From assembly GCF_009914755.1 (NCBI RefSeq), contig NC_060943.1: a stretch of DNA of 64,000 nt; one strand, 5' to 3'. Origin of the DNA: the human T2T-CHM13v2.0 reference genome, Homo sapiens. How positions within the stretch are numbered: the stretch's first letter is position 1; each line of letters starts with the position of its first letter. Under the pieces are notes generated by a model. That model was not told the DNA's origin, searched no databases, and saw nothing but the letters and a program-made list of their open reading frames with translations. The position numbers and the translations under genes were made by a program. Positions 1-39,614 of the stretch are shown here, in pieces.

Positions 1-220
<220 letters not shown>

Positions 221-244
221 ACAGAGTGTGTTTTCCCACCTTCC

Positions 245-1580
<1,336 letters not shown>

Positions 1581-1834
1581 GTAGTCATCAGTAAGTCCTC
1601 TGCTGTGGCGGTGGGGAAGGCCTGTCACGAGTGACACTGGGCAGGTATGGATTCTGCATCTCCCTGCCCACTCTTGGCCTTTGCATGCCTCTGTTGTGGG
1701 GACTCCTCTTGCCGTCTCCACACAGTGTCACTCCTCACGCTCAGTGTTGCGTATATAGCTGATAACACAGCAGACCCGGTGGTGGCGCAGGACATCCATC
1801 CAGTGGGCCTCGGCCAGCCGAAAAGAAAGAATAG

Positions 1835-2195
<361 letters not shown>

Positions 2196-2409
2196 TTACT
2201 CTGCGTGTTATGTTTCTGCTGGGTCACATTGTCACATGGAGACATGATCAGAAGAGCTTGAAAAACATCCATCTAATTGATAGCTAGGATAGCATTTGCA
2301 GGCTTGCAGTGTAGACACCACACGTCCCTGTGGGGTTAGAGGACACTCCCCTAAGGCAGAGAACCGTCCTGGATGCTTTTAGGTCCCTTGGGTAGGTGCT
2401 CTTAAGCGG

Positions 2410-2877
<468 letters not shown>

Positions 2878-3674
2878 GGAGGTTTTCTTATAGACCACCG
2901 AGGGGAACATTTTGTTTTGTAGTTCACGCATAGTAAACGGGGCTGGCTCTGCGGAAGCCATCCTGCCCATTGCTGTTGTTCCGCCCAAGCCTCTGCCATA
3001 ACCTGACTCCCACGTTGGTCTGCTGCTGAAATGTGTCCGTGAACAAATTTCCCCAAGCCCCAAAAAACACAATAGCAGATATCCTGGGACCAAACTTAAA
3101 TATAATGCTAGTTTCTCATGCAAGGTGAAAACAACCACCATAATTCCAACAAACAGATTTCCAAGGGATCCGATTGCTGGTTAGCAACCTGCCCTGCCTG
3201 GGGCTGGTCACCGCAGTGCTTTAAGACAAAAGCTAGGGGTGGCGTGAAAGAAGAGACCAGACCTCTTCTCTTCCTCAAGCAGTCTCCTTCCACATTTGAA
3301 CGTCAACAGATGTTTCTATTTTAGATGATAATTTTGATGAAGTTGAAAATAATGAGAACATGGTAGTTCTCACATCCTTTGATCTTTCTCTTTTATTTCC
3401 ACAAAGACACTTCCTGGGCATTTCTTGTGGGTATTTATTTCATGGGTATTCTGATTTAGGCTTTTTTTTTTTTTCTTGGAAGTTTTTCTTTAAAAATCTG
3501 AATATAAAAAGTAATAGATGGCTATTGTAAAAAATAAATAAAAAGCGCCAGACATCTGTGATATGGAAAGGGTAAGTTCCTCATCACATGCCATCAGAGA
3601 GAGCTACTGGCTGTGCTGACAGCGGTTTGTGCATGTTTTCTTTGGGGTAATTTCTATGCATGGATTAACATGCA

Positions 3675-4614
<940 letters not shown>

Positions 4615-5011
4615 CTCTCAATTCTTTTTTGATGTGCCAAGACTTCTGCAGCGTGGGTTGTGTGGGGGTTCTGATTGCTGGGCAATTGAGGAGCTTCTCA
4701 AGAAATTGAGGCAATATGGCCACACCACTTCTAGACCCTTTGGCCCAGGGAAAGGGTTAACCTCCTGGACTTTTAACTGAGTGTTTTACATCTTAGCTTT
4801 TAGATTCTTGTGCCAGAGTAGTTTCACTTCCGGTCATTCCTTCTGGCTGCTGGCCTGGATTCCCAGGCTCTGTTTTCTCCTTGTGGAGGCCCCGGCAGCA
4901 CCCGATCCAAGGGCCGCACACATCTGGATTTGGCTTCCACACGCTGTACTAACTATTCTTGCCCTTTTGGCCCCTGAATCCCCTCATCCTTTGCTTTTTC
5001 CACCTGAGTAG

Positions 5012-5112
5012 GTGTGGCCTCCTGGTCTGCAATGGATTTCATTGCTGCGTGAATTTCCCCTGCTAGTGACTTATCATTGAGGGCCCCATTGCAGGACTCT
5101 AAGCGGCACCGT
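5012..5112 (+). other. Candidate non-coding 5'UTR exon in intron 1
   Basis: Branch point TACTAAC 4947-4953, AG-free pyrimidine-rich tract, gagtag| acceptor, donor CGT|gtaaga. Confidence 0.45.
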
Positions 5113-5480
5113 GTAAGACACCTTAGGGACGACCTTTGGCCACCCCAGGACTTTGCTGAAAATGCCAAATCCTTCGTTTCCTGTATAGAAGGGCAGGGAT
5201 GATTGGCGATGGGGTAAGAAGGGGTAGAGAGAGAGGTGTTCCTTGTCCTTAGACACCTTTCCTGGCCGTGCTCGTTTGGCCTTCCCGTGTAGACATCTCG
5301 CCGGAGCAAGGTGCACCCAGCCCCACACCCCATCCAGCTTCTACAGGGCTGGCCTCACCCCAGCCCTTCAGGGAGGGTGAGCTGGCCAGGAGGAGGTTGA
5401 GGGCTGAGAACAACACCATGCTTATGGCTGTGGGAGCAAGGAGGGATAAGAGATGTTTGTGGGTCAGGCACTGTGGCTTG

Positions 5481-6090
<610 letters not shown>

Positions 6091-6255
6091 AACAAAATTC
6101 TTGGCAGCCGGCCAAATCTGTGTGCATTGCTTGCCAGGGTGGGCGTGTCATGGCTGACAGCAGGTCCTGGATCGCACCTAGGGGTTTGCTGCTCTCCAGC
6201 CAGCTGCTTCTACCTGATGCGCGCCCAAGAGGGGAAGCCAGTCTGTTGTTCCTGA

Positions 6256-6697
<442 letters not shown>

Positions 6698-7234
6698 TGA
6701 GGACCTCATCTGTGTGATGCTCCTAGTGCGATACCTTTCACGTGCTAAGCAGCTGCTCAGTAAACCTGGGGAGAGATGGGGCACCTTGGTTTCACCAGCT
6801 GAGCGGCTGGCACTTCCTGCCTGTGAGTGATGGTTCGATGTTCCAGCCTGTGGAGGAGGAGGTGGAGCCACAGGGAGGTTACCCGTGAGGCAGGTGGCAC
6901 CGTGGCTTCACAGTCCATGTTCAGAGTGTGGGATGCATGGCAGTGAGTTCCACTGTGGCCTTGGCCTTGTGACCTGAACTCTTCCACTTCCCTGTCATCT
7001 GTCAGCTGGCCAGCAGGACCACTGTAGTCCCTGTGTGGTGGTGAGGGCCCAGTGCGGGGAGTCTCAGTTGTTACCATCAAGTAGGCTGAGGCCCCTACCT
7101 CCTGGCTAGATCTTCCTTCCTTGCCATTTCTTTGTGACTGAGACATCCTCAGCAGTTGTAAATCACAGGGAGGTGAAGGCAAGCCACAGTCCCCGCTGGA
7201 TTTGCAAATATCCCTTCCCTTCCTCTGTCAGCAT

Positions 7235-8960
<1,726 letters not shown>

Positions 8961-9480
8961 AGTAAGCAGAATCACACGCTGCTCCCCTCAGTACTGAGCT
9001 GAGGACGTGGAGTCGCTCCACGGCTCTCCACTTTGTGCTGCAAGTCGGCCAGTGCTTGTTCAAGTGCAGGCACCAGCAACCTCATCACAGGCTTTGGCAC
9101 TGGGCGATACTGCTGGGGATGGCTTTGCATCACTCCCGGGCTGTTGGGATCCCCTTTACTGTCACTCTGCACGTGTCTGAGCTTTCAATCCGGAAATGAA
9201 TTTGCGGATGCTGGTGGCACCCGCGTTCCTGTTTCACTGCAGCCTGACTCTAGAGGCAGCATTTTCAGGAGGAGAGGCCATTCTAACAAGCCTCTGTGAA
9301 ACCCCGTGCTTCTAAAAAGCAGACTTGCCTTATTCGGGCACAAAATGGTTTTTTGGGGCAGCATCTTCAGTGTACTCTGTTTTTCCGTTGACAAAGTTAG
9401 CGCTGCTTTGAGTTGGAGCCGTTCCTGGAGGCTGTGACGGCATCGCATGATTTGATGGAAGGGAGAGGGGAGAAGTTCTA

Positions 9481-10080
<600 letters not shown>

Positions 10081-10699
10081 TAGAATAAAGACCTTCAAGT
10101 GAGGAAGAAGCTATAGGTCCCTGAATATCACAGGATCTATGAAGTATGTGGCAGTCCTGCTGTCCCTTTTCCTACCTCATTGCAACACTCTGTGGACCTG
10201 AGAAGACTGTGGGGACAGAAGGCCCAGAGGGGAGCGCCAAGGAGCCAGTGCCTCCCCCTGCCCTGGCCGTGCCCACGTTGCTGGGCTTCCCACCTATGGA
10301 GGTAGCTGCAGGCGCATCCTCCCTGCAGACATACCCATGGACCAGAGGCTTCAGGCTCCAAAATCAGCATCTTAGTAACATAAACGCAAGGTTCAGACTG
10401 TTGTCACATGGCAGAGGCCAGGGCGGCATCTCATAATCAGACAGATCCTGTTTCTGTAGCAGAATGTGCGAATATCCACACGGAGCAGAATCAGGTCAGA
10501 TTTTGCCTCCAGATGAATTTCCTTGCAGTAACACATTTAGGTTTGTTTATGTCAGGGGCCATCTTTTCAGGATTGGCTGGAGTGCCAGCCACTGGTTCCT
10601 CCCCTGCTGAGTTTCCTGGTCCTCTCTCCTGCTGTTAGCCATGAAAGTGGAATGAGGTCATTTTGAGCCTTTCATCTCTTGTCTAAGAATATATCCCTA

Positions 10700-11810
<1,111 letters not shown>

Positions 11811-12433
11811 AAAAAATGGAACTTTTTAAATCAAGAGAATTAAAAATGTTTCTACACTTCTTACAGAATTTATCCTTAGAACCAGAAATATGCCGGAGAG
11901 TTCAGGGGCAAAGAGATTCATTCCAAAAGGCAGCAGAAACAAGACAGATTTGCGACATGCTTAACCAGAGAGGGGCTATCAAAAAACCCAGGGTGTCAGA
12001 GCCAGGAAATGCAGTGTAGCTTTTAGAATTTGTGTTTTAAAGACTATTAAATGATAAGAATTGCCATGGGTAAGATTATATGAAAGCCTAGAATGTATTG
12101 AGAAATTTCACTGAGTGTGGGTGCGTCTTCAGCCAGCGAGGGCCTTCAGCCAGCGAGGCGGAGAAGCCTCTTTACAGACACAAGTATCTTTCCTTTCCCA
12201 TTTGTCTCTGGGTGGTTGGAGGACATCCCCTTATGCATATTAGCATCTAAAGGAAAAGGTGACGTTTCCAAGTGTCAGGGACCAAAAAGTGCCATTATTT
12301 GTGTAATACTTTATCCTTTTTAAACTTAAGTTCATTTATTTTAAGGGAAACTTGGTCTTACTACTTTCAATGGAAAACCAGCAGTATTTGCCATAAATAT
12401 CTGTTTTGGCTGAATTGATGGAATTTCGGTTAG

Positions 12434-12740
<307 letters not shown>

Positions 12741-13110
12741 AGTCAGAGGCTATTTGAGCTATAGTCCTGTTCTTTCTGTTAGGAAGATAAGCAAGTGGAG
12801 AGCAGTGTGAAGGGTAGACCAGCACCCCCTGAGACACCCTCTGCCGTGATCAGGAATATGGCAGGAGCCCCTGAAGGCCCCTGTGGGGCAGTGCTTGTCT
12901 GTGAGCGTGGCCCACCCCTTCCTGGGTAGACTGACTGATCTTGTGTGCCTGAGATGTAGGACTTCCTCTGAGAGTGATCATGGAGAAACGGTTTGGGTGG
13001 CTGGTGGGGAAGGTACTGGCTTCCTGTGGGATGTAGATTCTGATGTGACCGTATGATTGTCCCTTGCTATCCCTGTCCTGCCTCGCCCTTGGTCATGAAC
13101 CCCAGACTGA

Positions 13111-13536
<426 letters not shown>

Positions 13537-14033
13537 TGAACAGAAGGTTCAGCTCGTCAGACCCCAGCCTGTGCTGGCGCATGATCTGGGCCCCGCGGGC
13601 ACCTGCCCCACCGTTTCCCGCTCCCTTGCTTTCTGCATGTGAAATTTGGGAATATCACTACAAAGTTTTCTTTTGGTAATGAAGAAAAACATCCAAATTC
13701 CTAAAAAGGCTTTTAGCCACGTGGTTTCCCCCGTTCTGGCTGTCAGGCTCACCTGTGCAGCTCGCAGAGCCGAGCAGCGGGTTCCCTTTCCTCCAAGGCG
13801 TGCCCCTCAGCCACTGTCTTTACCTCACCTGCGCTGAGCAGGGCCTTCAGTCAGCAAGGTGGAGAAGGCTCTTTATGGTCACAAGTCTCTTTTGCATGTC
13901 CCTGGATGTGGTTAGAGGACATATTCCCTTATACATACAGCATCTGAAAGGAAAGGTCATATTAGCATCCATGAGAAAAGGTGACATTTCTAAGTGTCAC
14001 GGGCCACAGGAGGTCCCGGGTGGTAGAAGATGA

Positions 14034-14513
<480 letters not shown>

Positions 14514-15182
14514 TAGGATGATGTAGCCGGGTGGGTGGCCCGCCACAGAGAGCTGTCTGGCATGGCGTGGCTGGTGCTCTGTTCTGGCCACCTCGTCTCG
14601 GAGCAGCCCTGGAAGGGGAAATGCTGGTTGGGGGGCAGACCATGTTCAGCATGGGTGATAGAGGAGGGCTGTGCAGGGCAGCAGCCCCGTGCCACCCAGG
14701 AACTTACTGGAAATACAGATTCCTGGGGCCTGGGACTCTGCTTTAATGAGCCCAGCAGGTGCCTTTTCTGTACGAGGACAATTGAGAAGTGATATGGTGG
14801 GTGACTTTCCAAGGCCTTGCTGTCATCAGGGGTGGGAAGCTCAGGGGCTGCACTGGGAATGGAAGTGTTGGGGGTGGGCCTGGCGAGCCCGAGGATGTGG
14901 ACCCCGCCTGTGGACAGGCAGGCGGAAGCCGGGAGAGAGCCGTGATTTCATGCACAGGTTCTCAGCATTAACCAGAAGCACCTTACTGAGACGTGGGCCA
15001 AACCAAATCCACCAGGTCGGCTGCTGGGCTGAGGTGCCTTCAGCATGTGCCCTCCAGGTGCCCCTGGTTGACTCAAGAGAAGGATGCCATTTGGCTGTGC
15101 CCTGTCTCAGAGTAGGAGCTGGTGTAGGGGGAAGAGGCTGTAAAAATCACAGACATATGCTGCCGAGTGACCAGTGGGCTGA

Positions 15183-15758
<576 letters not shown>

Positions 15759-15911
15759 TAAATGCTGCTTCCCCAGCTCCCCGCTTCCCCTGGGGCCGCT
15801 GGTTAATAGGTGTATCTGCTGTGTCCCCTGGAGCCAGGGCTGCCCACGGGGCTGGGCGCAGGCATAAACCTGGGACGCACTGTTTTCTCTTTTGTTTCTC
15901 CCTACATGTAG

Positions 15912-16010
15912 GTATGGGAGGGCCCAACATGCCTCCCCCAGGACCCTCGGGCGTGCCCCCCGGGATGCCAGGCCAGCCTCCTGGAGGGCCTCCCAAGCCC
16001 TGGCCTGAAG
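15912..16010 (+). CDS. SMARCA4: SMARCA4 exon 5 ([10 protein letters not shown]...PWPEG)
   Basis: atgtag| ... AAG|gtgagc; 99 nt. Confidence 0.97.
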
Positions 16011-16548
16011 GTGAGCTCCCTCTTCTATGGTGGTGCACCCGTGCCCTTACTCCCCATCTCAAGCTTGGGTCCTTGAGATGAGCTTTGTCAGGGAGAAAGG
16101 GCCGAGGGTGGTCAGGCTGAACTGCAGCCTGTACTTTTCTTGTGGTGGTCCCCGGGTCTCCCCTGTAGCCAGTCAGTTCCCAAAGGCTGTCGTTCATCCC
16201 TCCTCTGACAGCTTGTGGCCTTCACCCAGTCCCTGAGCCCTGTATATGTAATTGCTCAGTAAGTGCTGCAGGCTCCCATCTGTTGGGCTCAAAGAGGCAG
16301 TGGGACTCATTACCCATCCTCTTGGAGCCTGAGGTTTAGCGATGGGCATTGAGGGGCAAATTGCTTCCACTGGATTTAGTTGGCACTAGGAGGAGATGAC
16401 AGGAAATGCTGCCATAGAGCCACAGACAGAACAAAAAGGCCTTGGGAGCCTGGGGCTGGCCCCAGTGGAGGGTGTGAAGGACGAGGGTGAGGCTGAGATC
16501 TGGAGGAGGTTGGAGCCCAAGGCAGGTGTGAAGGACACCCCTGGGTGA

Positions 16549-16932
<384 letters not shown>

Positions 16933-17121
16933 TGAGGGCGGGGCCCAGTTGCCAAGGTCACTGCCCTGTGTCCCCCATGTCCCCCTGGGGAAGCCACTCA
17001 ACTTTCTCCCCCACTCTAGCAAACAGTGCCCTGTGCCCACCACTGCCACTTGGCCTACACCTCCTTCCTCACCTCCCTGCTCCCACCCTGGCTGCGGTCT
17101 GTTTCCCACACAGCAGTTTGA

Positions 17122-17412
<291 letters not shown>

Positions 17413-17439
17413 ATGAATTCTCTTTTTATGATTGATATC

Positions 17440-17870
17440 AGATCTACTCCGTGGATTAAAACCTGCCTGTAGCTTCAATTATCTGCCCAATAAGCTTTGC
17501 CTTATGTCCACTCCTGCCCAGCATCCTTCCTCACCCATCCCAGTCTCTCTGTTCCTCTTTTCATTTATTTAACAAGTTAGACTTGTTCCTGCCCCAGGAC
17601 CTTTGCACAGGCTGTGCATGGCTCCTTCTACTCATTCAGGCCTGATTGCTGGGGTTCCCTCCTCATGGAGGCCCTTCCTGTCACTTCCAGCCACTCTCTG
17701 GAATTGCAGTGGATATTTTATTTTTTTTAAATCTCCTTTATGGCCTGTGTTTTCTAATGAGACTGAGAGTTCCTTGCTTTGTTGTTCTTGTTTAGTGCTA
17801 AGGCCCTGCACTTAAAATGGTCCCTGGCATACAGTTGGTGCTCAATGAGTATGTGCAGAAAGACTGATTA
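17440..17870 (+). mobile_element. L2 3' fragment
   Basis: caggacctttgcacaggctg and terminal cctggcatacagttggtgctcaatga. Confidence 0.6.
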
Positions 17871-18323
17871 AGAGAATTAGCCCACATAACCTTCGCATGT
17901 AACCTTCGTAACCTTCAGACCAAGCCTCTAGGGTCACTCCGAGGGGTTGCCTCAGTTTTGAGGTGAGAATGCTGAGGTGTGCAGTTGAAATAGATTCCCA
18001 CCGCCCTGCGCCTCATCCATGCCAGAGCTGCATGAAAACCTTGGCCCGCCTGACGCCAGAACCTGGCTCACACCACTGAAAAGGCATGACCTGGGCGCGT
18101 CTATCAGGAATCTTGTTTGCTGTCCCCTGAGGCCCGGTCCTGAGGAGTGCCCCGGGCTATCTCCCTCTCTGCTGTGCCCTGCGGCCAGCATCCTCTTCTG
18201 AGGCATCTCTTGCCTCATGACTAGTGCCTGCCTCTCTCGAGGGATGGGTCCCCTGCAGCTCCAGCTGTAACTGGGTGCCCTGGCAACCCTCTCACCGCCT
18301 TTGCTCCTTGTCTCTGCTCCCAG

Positions 18324-18450
18324 GCTGCAGGCTCGCATCGCACACCGAATTCAGGAACTTGAAAACCTTCCCGGGTCCCTGGCCGGGGATTTGCGAACCA
18401 AAGCGACCATTGAGCTCAAGGCCCTCAGGCTGCTGAACTTCCAGAGGCAG
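18324..18450 (+). CDS. SMARCA4: SMARCA4 exon 7 ([14 protein letters not shown]...NFQRQ)
   Basis: ctcccag| ... CAG|gtgggt; 127 nt. Confidence 0.97.
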
Positions 18451-18712
18451 GTGGGTGCTGGCATGGCCGCAGCTTTCCGAAAAGGGCCTTTGTCACCAAC
18501 ACTGCTGCTAAGGCTCCAAATACGGCTTGCCTGGCTAGTATTACACCTGCCTGGGCTGTGAAAAGCAGCCGTGGCCATCCATGGGCACTCAATCACTGCA
18601 GAGCCTTCCTCTTACGGCCTGCGCAGTGCTGGGGACGTGGACCTCACTACCCTAAAGCACTTGCCGCCTCAAAGCAGACTTGTATGGGCTTCTTTCTTCC
18701 TTTCCCTTTCCC

Positions 18713-19893
<1,181 letters not shown>

Positions 19894-19967
19894 TAAGACG
19901 TGTGTGTGGTAGAGGGGAGGCAAGCTGGAGGTCCGAGAGGACCCCCTGGATAGATGTCCAGAAGTGA

Positions 19968-20468
<501 letters not shown>

Positions 20469-20529
20469 TAGGTACTGAGAGTGTATTGGTGTAAAAACCC
20501 AATGGTAGGGAGAAGATAGTGATGAAATC

Positions 20530-20960
20530 CACGCGTAGCACGTCTGGAAGGTGATAGGGCACAAAGAAAAATCAAGCCAGGATAGAGAGGAAGGAACGGG
20601 CTGTTGTAGAACTGATGTTGGGGGAGTTCTTTCTTTTGGAGGTGACATCTGGGCAGACCCCCAAGGAAGGGAGGCACACAGATCTGTGGGAAAGAGCTTT
20701 CTGGGAAAAGGAGAAGGTGCAAGGGCCCTGGGGCTGGAATGTGCCTGTGTTTTCTCTGGAAAGCAAGGACCTGCATGAGCCAGAGTAGAGTGAGTGGCGG
20801 GGAGAGCTGGAGGAAGGGAGCGCAGGGAGGTGACGAGCAGGTGATGCAGGGCCTTGCGAGCTGCATGGAGGATTTGGGCTTTTGCTCTGAGTAAAGTGGG
20901 AGCCATAGAGGGTTCTGGGCAGTGCAGGGACTGATCTGACTCAGGGTTTCCCAAGATGAA
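20530..20960 (-). mobile_element. L2 fragment
   Basis: gcagggccttg...ttttgctctgagt...gggagccatagagggtt...tgatctgact. Confidence 0.6.
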
Positions 20961-21088
20961 TCAGTAAGACGGAAATCTTCAAATCTAAAATCAAGTAAGG
21001 ATTTGGGGATGATTGTGCTGATTTGGTCATTTATAGATTTTCTAGAGATTTTCTATAATTAATATCTTATTGGTGTAGTGTAAAATAA

Positions 21089-23745
<2,657 letters not shown>

Positions 23746-23801
23746 CAATATTCTAGGTTTTAAACAAGCCTTGCGGGGAGATGTGTCCACCATGCTGCTG
23801 A

Positions 23802-24182
<381 letters not shown>

Positions 24183-24329
24183 TGATCTCTCTGATCATCA
24201 GAATGACTGTGTGACCTCAGGCCACTTAGCCGGCTCCTCTGCCTTCTCTGGAAAATGGAGGTGGTGCCCCCTTCCCTCGTTCTGTGAGAGCCAGGTGGTG
24301 TGATCCAGACCCCCGACCCCTAGCATAAA

Positions 24330-24870
24330 CATCTCTGACCATTTATTTGTGACTGAGTCGCTGGTTGGGCAGATATTGGCAGCGTGTTCTGGGCCAGGTG
24401 CTGCTCTGTGTACGGGGACATGGCCCCTGCCTTTGTGGGGGCTCCTGGTTGTGCTTGAGGGGCAGATACGCGAATGAAGCAAACAGAGTAGTGGATGGTG
24501 ACCGCTACAGTGAGGAGGGGGAAGTGGAGTGGAAGGGGAGGGACAGGGTAGTAAGTAAAAGCCTTGAAACAGAGGCCCAAAGGGTGGCCCTGATGCACAA
24601 ACGCAGAGACCCAGGGAAGGAGCCCCAGGCAGTGCGGACAAAGGTTGAGGTGGCAGGCAGCCATGTGCCAGGGCAGCCGGTAGCCCTGGGCTCCCAGAAC
24701 AGCGTTGTGTGGGGCAGGAGGTGAGGTCAGAGCTTACAGGGGCAGGTGGGAGGTGGGACCTTTCAGACCATTGGGAGGACTCTGGGTTGAGTTCTGATCA
24801 TGAAGGGGAGCCTCACCCGGGAGGGTTTTGGCTGTGGGGTGATGTGATCTGATGTATTCTTAGAAAGGTG
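24330..24870 (-). mobile_element. L2 fragment
   Basis: Same L2-like motifs as at 20530-20960. Confidence 0.5.
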
Positions 24871-25219
24871 GGGGGCTGCTGTAGGAGGTGGTGGGAGGGA
24901 TGCACCTTGGACTTGGTGGAGAGAAGGCTTCGGGTTTGGGGTGTATTTCGTGGACAGAGTGGGTAGGACTGGCTCATGGCCTCTGTAAATGGCTGCTGGC
25001 GGGACTGTCTGCCTAGCGGGTGCCCTTGGAACCTAGCCCTTGGTGGGTTTTGAGGAAATGATTCCTGAATGAGGAGTCGATTGCCGTGTGAAGGGCTGGT
25101 GGCACGGCACCCGCGTGAGCTACGCGTGCCCTCAGTGCGCTTCTGGATTGACTGGCCATGGGTGCTCACAGACATGCACATTGTGCCACCACATTGCAGT
25201 AACCCCCATGCTTTTGTAG

Positions 25220-25552
<333 letters not shown>

Positions 25553-25779
25553 TGAGGAAGCAGGGTTTCTTGTGGAAGTATCAAGCTAGCCCTAAGGCGT
25601 TGGTCTGTTTCAGACTTTAAAACCTGTGTTCTTTTAAAATTACGAACAATGATATGTGATGATGGTGAGAATCCCAGGGTGTCCTCTGACGCCCATCCCA
25701 CCCGACCCCACATCCCACATGTTGTGTTTTCTTCCAGACCTTTTTCTATGCATGTGCCACAGGATTCATCTTTCAGGTT

Positions 25780-31830
<6,051 letters not shown>

Positions 31831-31951
31831 AGAAACAAGTGTCAGCCAAGGTTGATGGGTTATATATTTTTACTGGATTACTGAGTATACAGTTTACGCA
31901 TTTTCCCACCACTGGCCATGTTTGCCTGCCATTTTCTGTGCAAACAGTTGA

Positions 31952-32167
<216 letters not shown>

Positions 32168-32346
32168 TGAGTTGGGCCTTGCATTCCAGATGCAGTGGGG
32201 ATCCAAGTCCTCGGTGGGCCTTGTTCCAGGGAGGTGGCAGCCAGGAGCAATTTTACTTCTGTTTGAATTCCCGGCAGGTTTGGTAGGGAAAGTGAATTCT
32301 GCTGGCTCTGAGCAGATTTGTATGAAAGCCCTTACATTTTTTCTAG

Positions 32347-32404
32347 GTATGAAGTAGCTCCGAGGTCTGATAGTGAAGAAAGTGGCTCAGAAGAAGAGGA
32401 AGAG
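32347..32404 (+). CDS. SMARCA4: SMARCA4 exon 13 (YEVAPRSDSEESGSEEEEE)
   Basis: tttctag| ... GAG|gtaaga; 58 nt. Confidence 0.96.
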
Positions 32405-32549
32405 GTAAGAGTGCATTTCCTGGCTTTCAAGGCTCTCAGTGCCCACTGGCAGTGACTTCCACCCTGTGTGTTGTGACCGTCTCCTGCCCTGGCTGGGCAT
32501 CTTGTGGGGCAGGGAACAGCAGGGCCCAGGCCTGCCCGAAGTCGGTGCT

Positions 32550-34173
<1,624 letters not shown>

Positions 34174-35476
34174 TAGTTGAAGCGTACTTTAGCTACCCTG
34201 GAGTCTGACTTTTAAAACTCTGGGAGGTTGTGGTGGCGTCTAGTCTGTTTAGTAATTTCCTGGGGCTCAGTCTGTGAAATCTGGTTCCTGCATAGTGTGT
34301 ATAGCCTCTGCTGTATTTCCTCAATTCTTTTAAACATTTTTTGGTTTTATCTTATTCGTGATTTTTTTCCTGGTTCATTAGGGGCAGGCAGTGTTTCTTT
34401 GTCACTTAGTGGTCATCCAAAGATTGGCCACAGTTTGTGCTCAGACACGCGCCTTCTTTCTCCTGCTGATGGTTCAGTTGTATGAGGAGGTGCATTCCAC
34501 ATTTGGGCCATTGTCGGGTTCTCCCTGGCACTTATGCTTTGCTGAGTCCTTTGGCGTCTCTTTGCATATGCACAGACTCAGCCTCAGCCAGTGATACGCT
34601 TTTCCCTACCGTGGCTGATCTCACCTCCATTAGCAGTGCCACTGGCTGTGGGCATTGCTTCCTTCTACAAGTGACTGAGCCCCTTCCACCTCCCTGCCAA
34701 GCCTCATGGCCTGCAGCTCTCCAGCTGTAAGAGGTTCATGTGTCCAGAGCTGAGGCAGAAGAAGTGAAAGTGGCCCACAGTAAAAGTGCTACAAACTCCC
34801 ACTCTTCCCACCTGAAGTTCAGTTTTTTAAGGTTCAATGATTCTAGTAGACCTTTGGTCAACTCGCTGAGCTCTGAAATGCTCACTCTGTCAATTTGTCC
34901 GGCTTTATAGTTGCTTTTGGGGAGGAAATTTGCCCACCTCCTCATTTGGGTTTAGCCAGAAGTCTCACTCCTATTTTAATTCCAGCATGTCTGTACCAGC
35001 TCTGATTTTCTTGCCTAAAATGTCGGTGTTATTACCACCTGTTTATTCCAAGTGATCTGTAAAATCATTTTTTGTGACCTAAGGGAAATCCTACTGGCTT
35101 TTCACTGGAATTATTTAACAGATTAATTGCAGATCATATTTTTAAAGCTTTGTAGCAGTTCCATTATAGATGAGGGAACAATCAACTGTGTTGTATTTGT
35201 AGGATTTAAATGGCAATACAAGAATAGTTTAAGATAAGGAAATGCATTCTTGTCTATGTTATCAATATGTGTTATGCAAAATCGCAGTAAAGGCTGGAAA
35301 GCCATTAAATGATGCAACATGAATGATTAAACAAGTTCGTAGATAACTTGCAGTAAACTGAGATGCCTCTTGTCGCCAGTGTTATCAGACATATTGTAGA
35401 TGGTTGAGACTTGTCAGTAAAGCTGGAAGTAAATTACAAGCAATAAATATTGAAAGTTGGTTCTAAGATATTTAAA

Positions 35477-36720
<1,244 letters not shown>

Positions 36721-36908
36721 AAAAAATAATAATAAATACATAATTTTAAAACAAAGATGTAAATAATAAACAGCACACATTCCAGGATAGGTAGAGGGGG
36801 TGAGGGCTGTAAGAAGATCACTTGCTTCTGAGACTGTTCTCCCCATGGGAGTCCCGTCCCCCCTCTCTGGGGGATGAACTGAGGTGACATGGGCTTGTCT
36901 CTTGGTAG

Positions 36909-37031
<123 letters not shown>

Positions 37032-37685
37032 TAAGGGGTCCCGACACAGGTTGTTCTGTGCCAGCTTCCTGTGAGGTGGCGCTGGTGGGAGTGGCTAGAA
37101 TCCCAGCCATCCCTAGCTGACATTCAGCACTGTCCAGCCAGCTGCTACTGTGGAACTACAGAGACCAAATTTATTTACTTCACATTTCATGTATTTTATA
37201 GGGATTTAATAGAGCAATTGCATTCGCATGGTTCACCATATGCTTACGAGGTACAGTCAGGTGTGCGGGAGAAGCCCTCCTCACCCCGTTCTCTGCTCCC
37301 CGGCTCCCTCCCTTTCCACTACCCTCCCTGGGGAAACTTTCCAGCCTTGTGTGTCATCTTCCAGAGATGCTGTCTGCATTAGCAAGCAAAATGTGCATAT
37401 TTTTGTCTTCATTTGCATACATATCTCCAGTGTACATTGGTGTGCACCTTGTTATTTTCACTGAACCTTCCCTCTTGGAGGTCATCCTGTGTCCGTGCAG
37501 AGTGCTTCCAGTCTGGTCCTCAGCGTGCAGTGTCATACTGCGTCACGTTATATTCTCATTTTCGTAGCCTGTCCTTTGGTGACAAGCGTTTAGGTTATAT
37601 TTGTCATCTTTTGCTCCTGTAACACATCACAGTTAACACAGTAATCTCTTCATTGCTTATGGTAAGGAATTAATAGATCCTGTTA

Positions 37686-39542
<1,857 letters not shown>

Positions 39543-39614
39543 TAGGGGGTGGGGAGGCCACCGCCACGTAGCTGCCTCGGTGCAGGTGTTCCCAGGTGGT
39601 GCGGGCTTCAGACC

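Noticed and set aside
17887-17918. Three copies of taaccttc
   Set aside because: Short local slippage with no further structure
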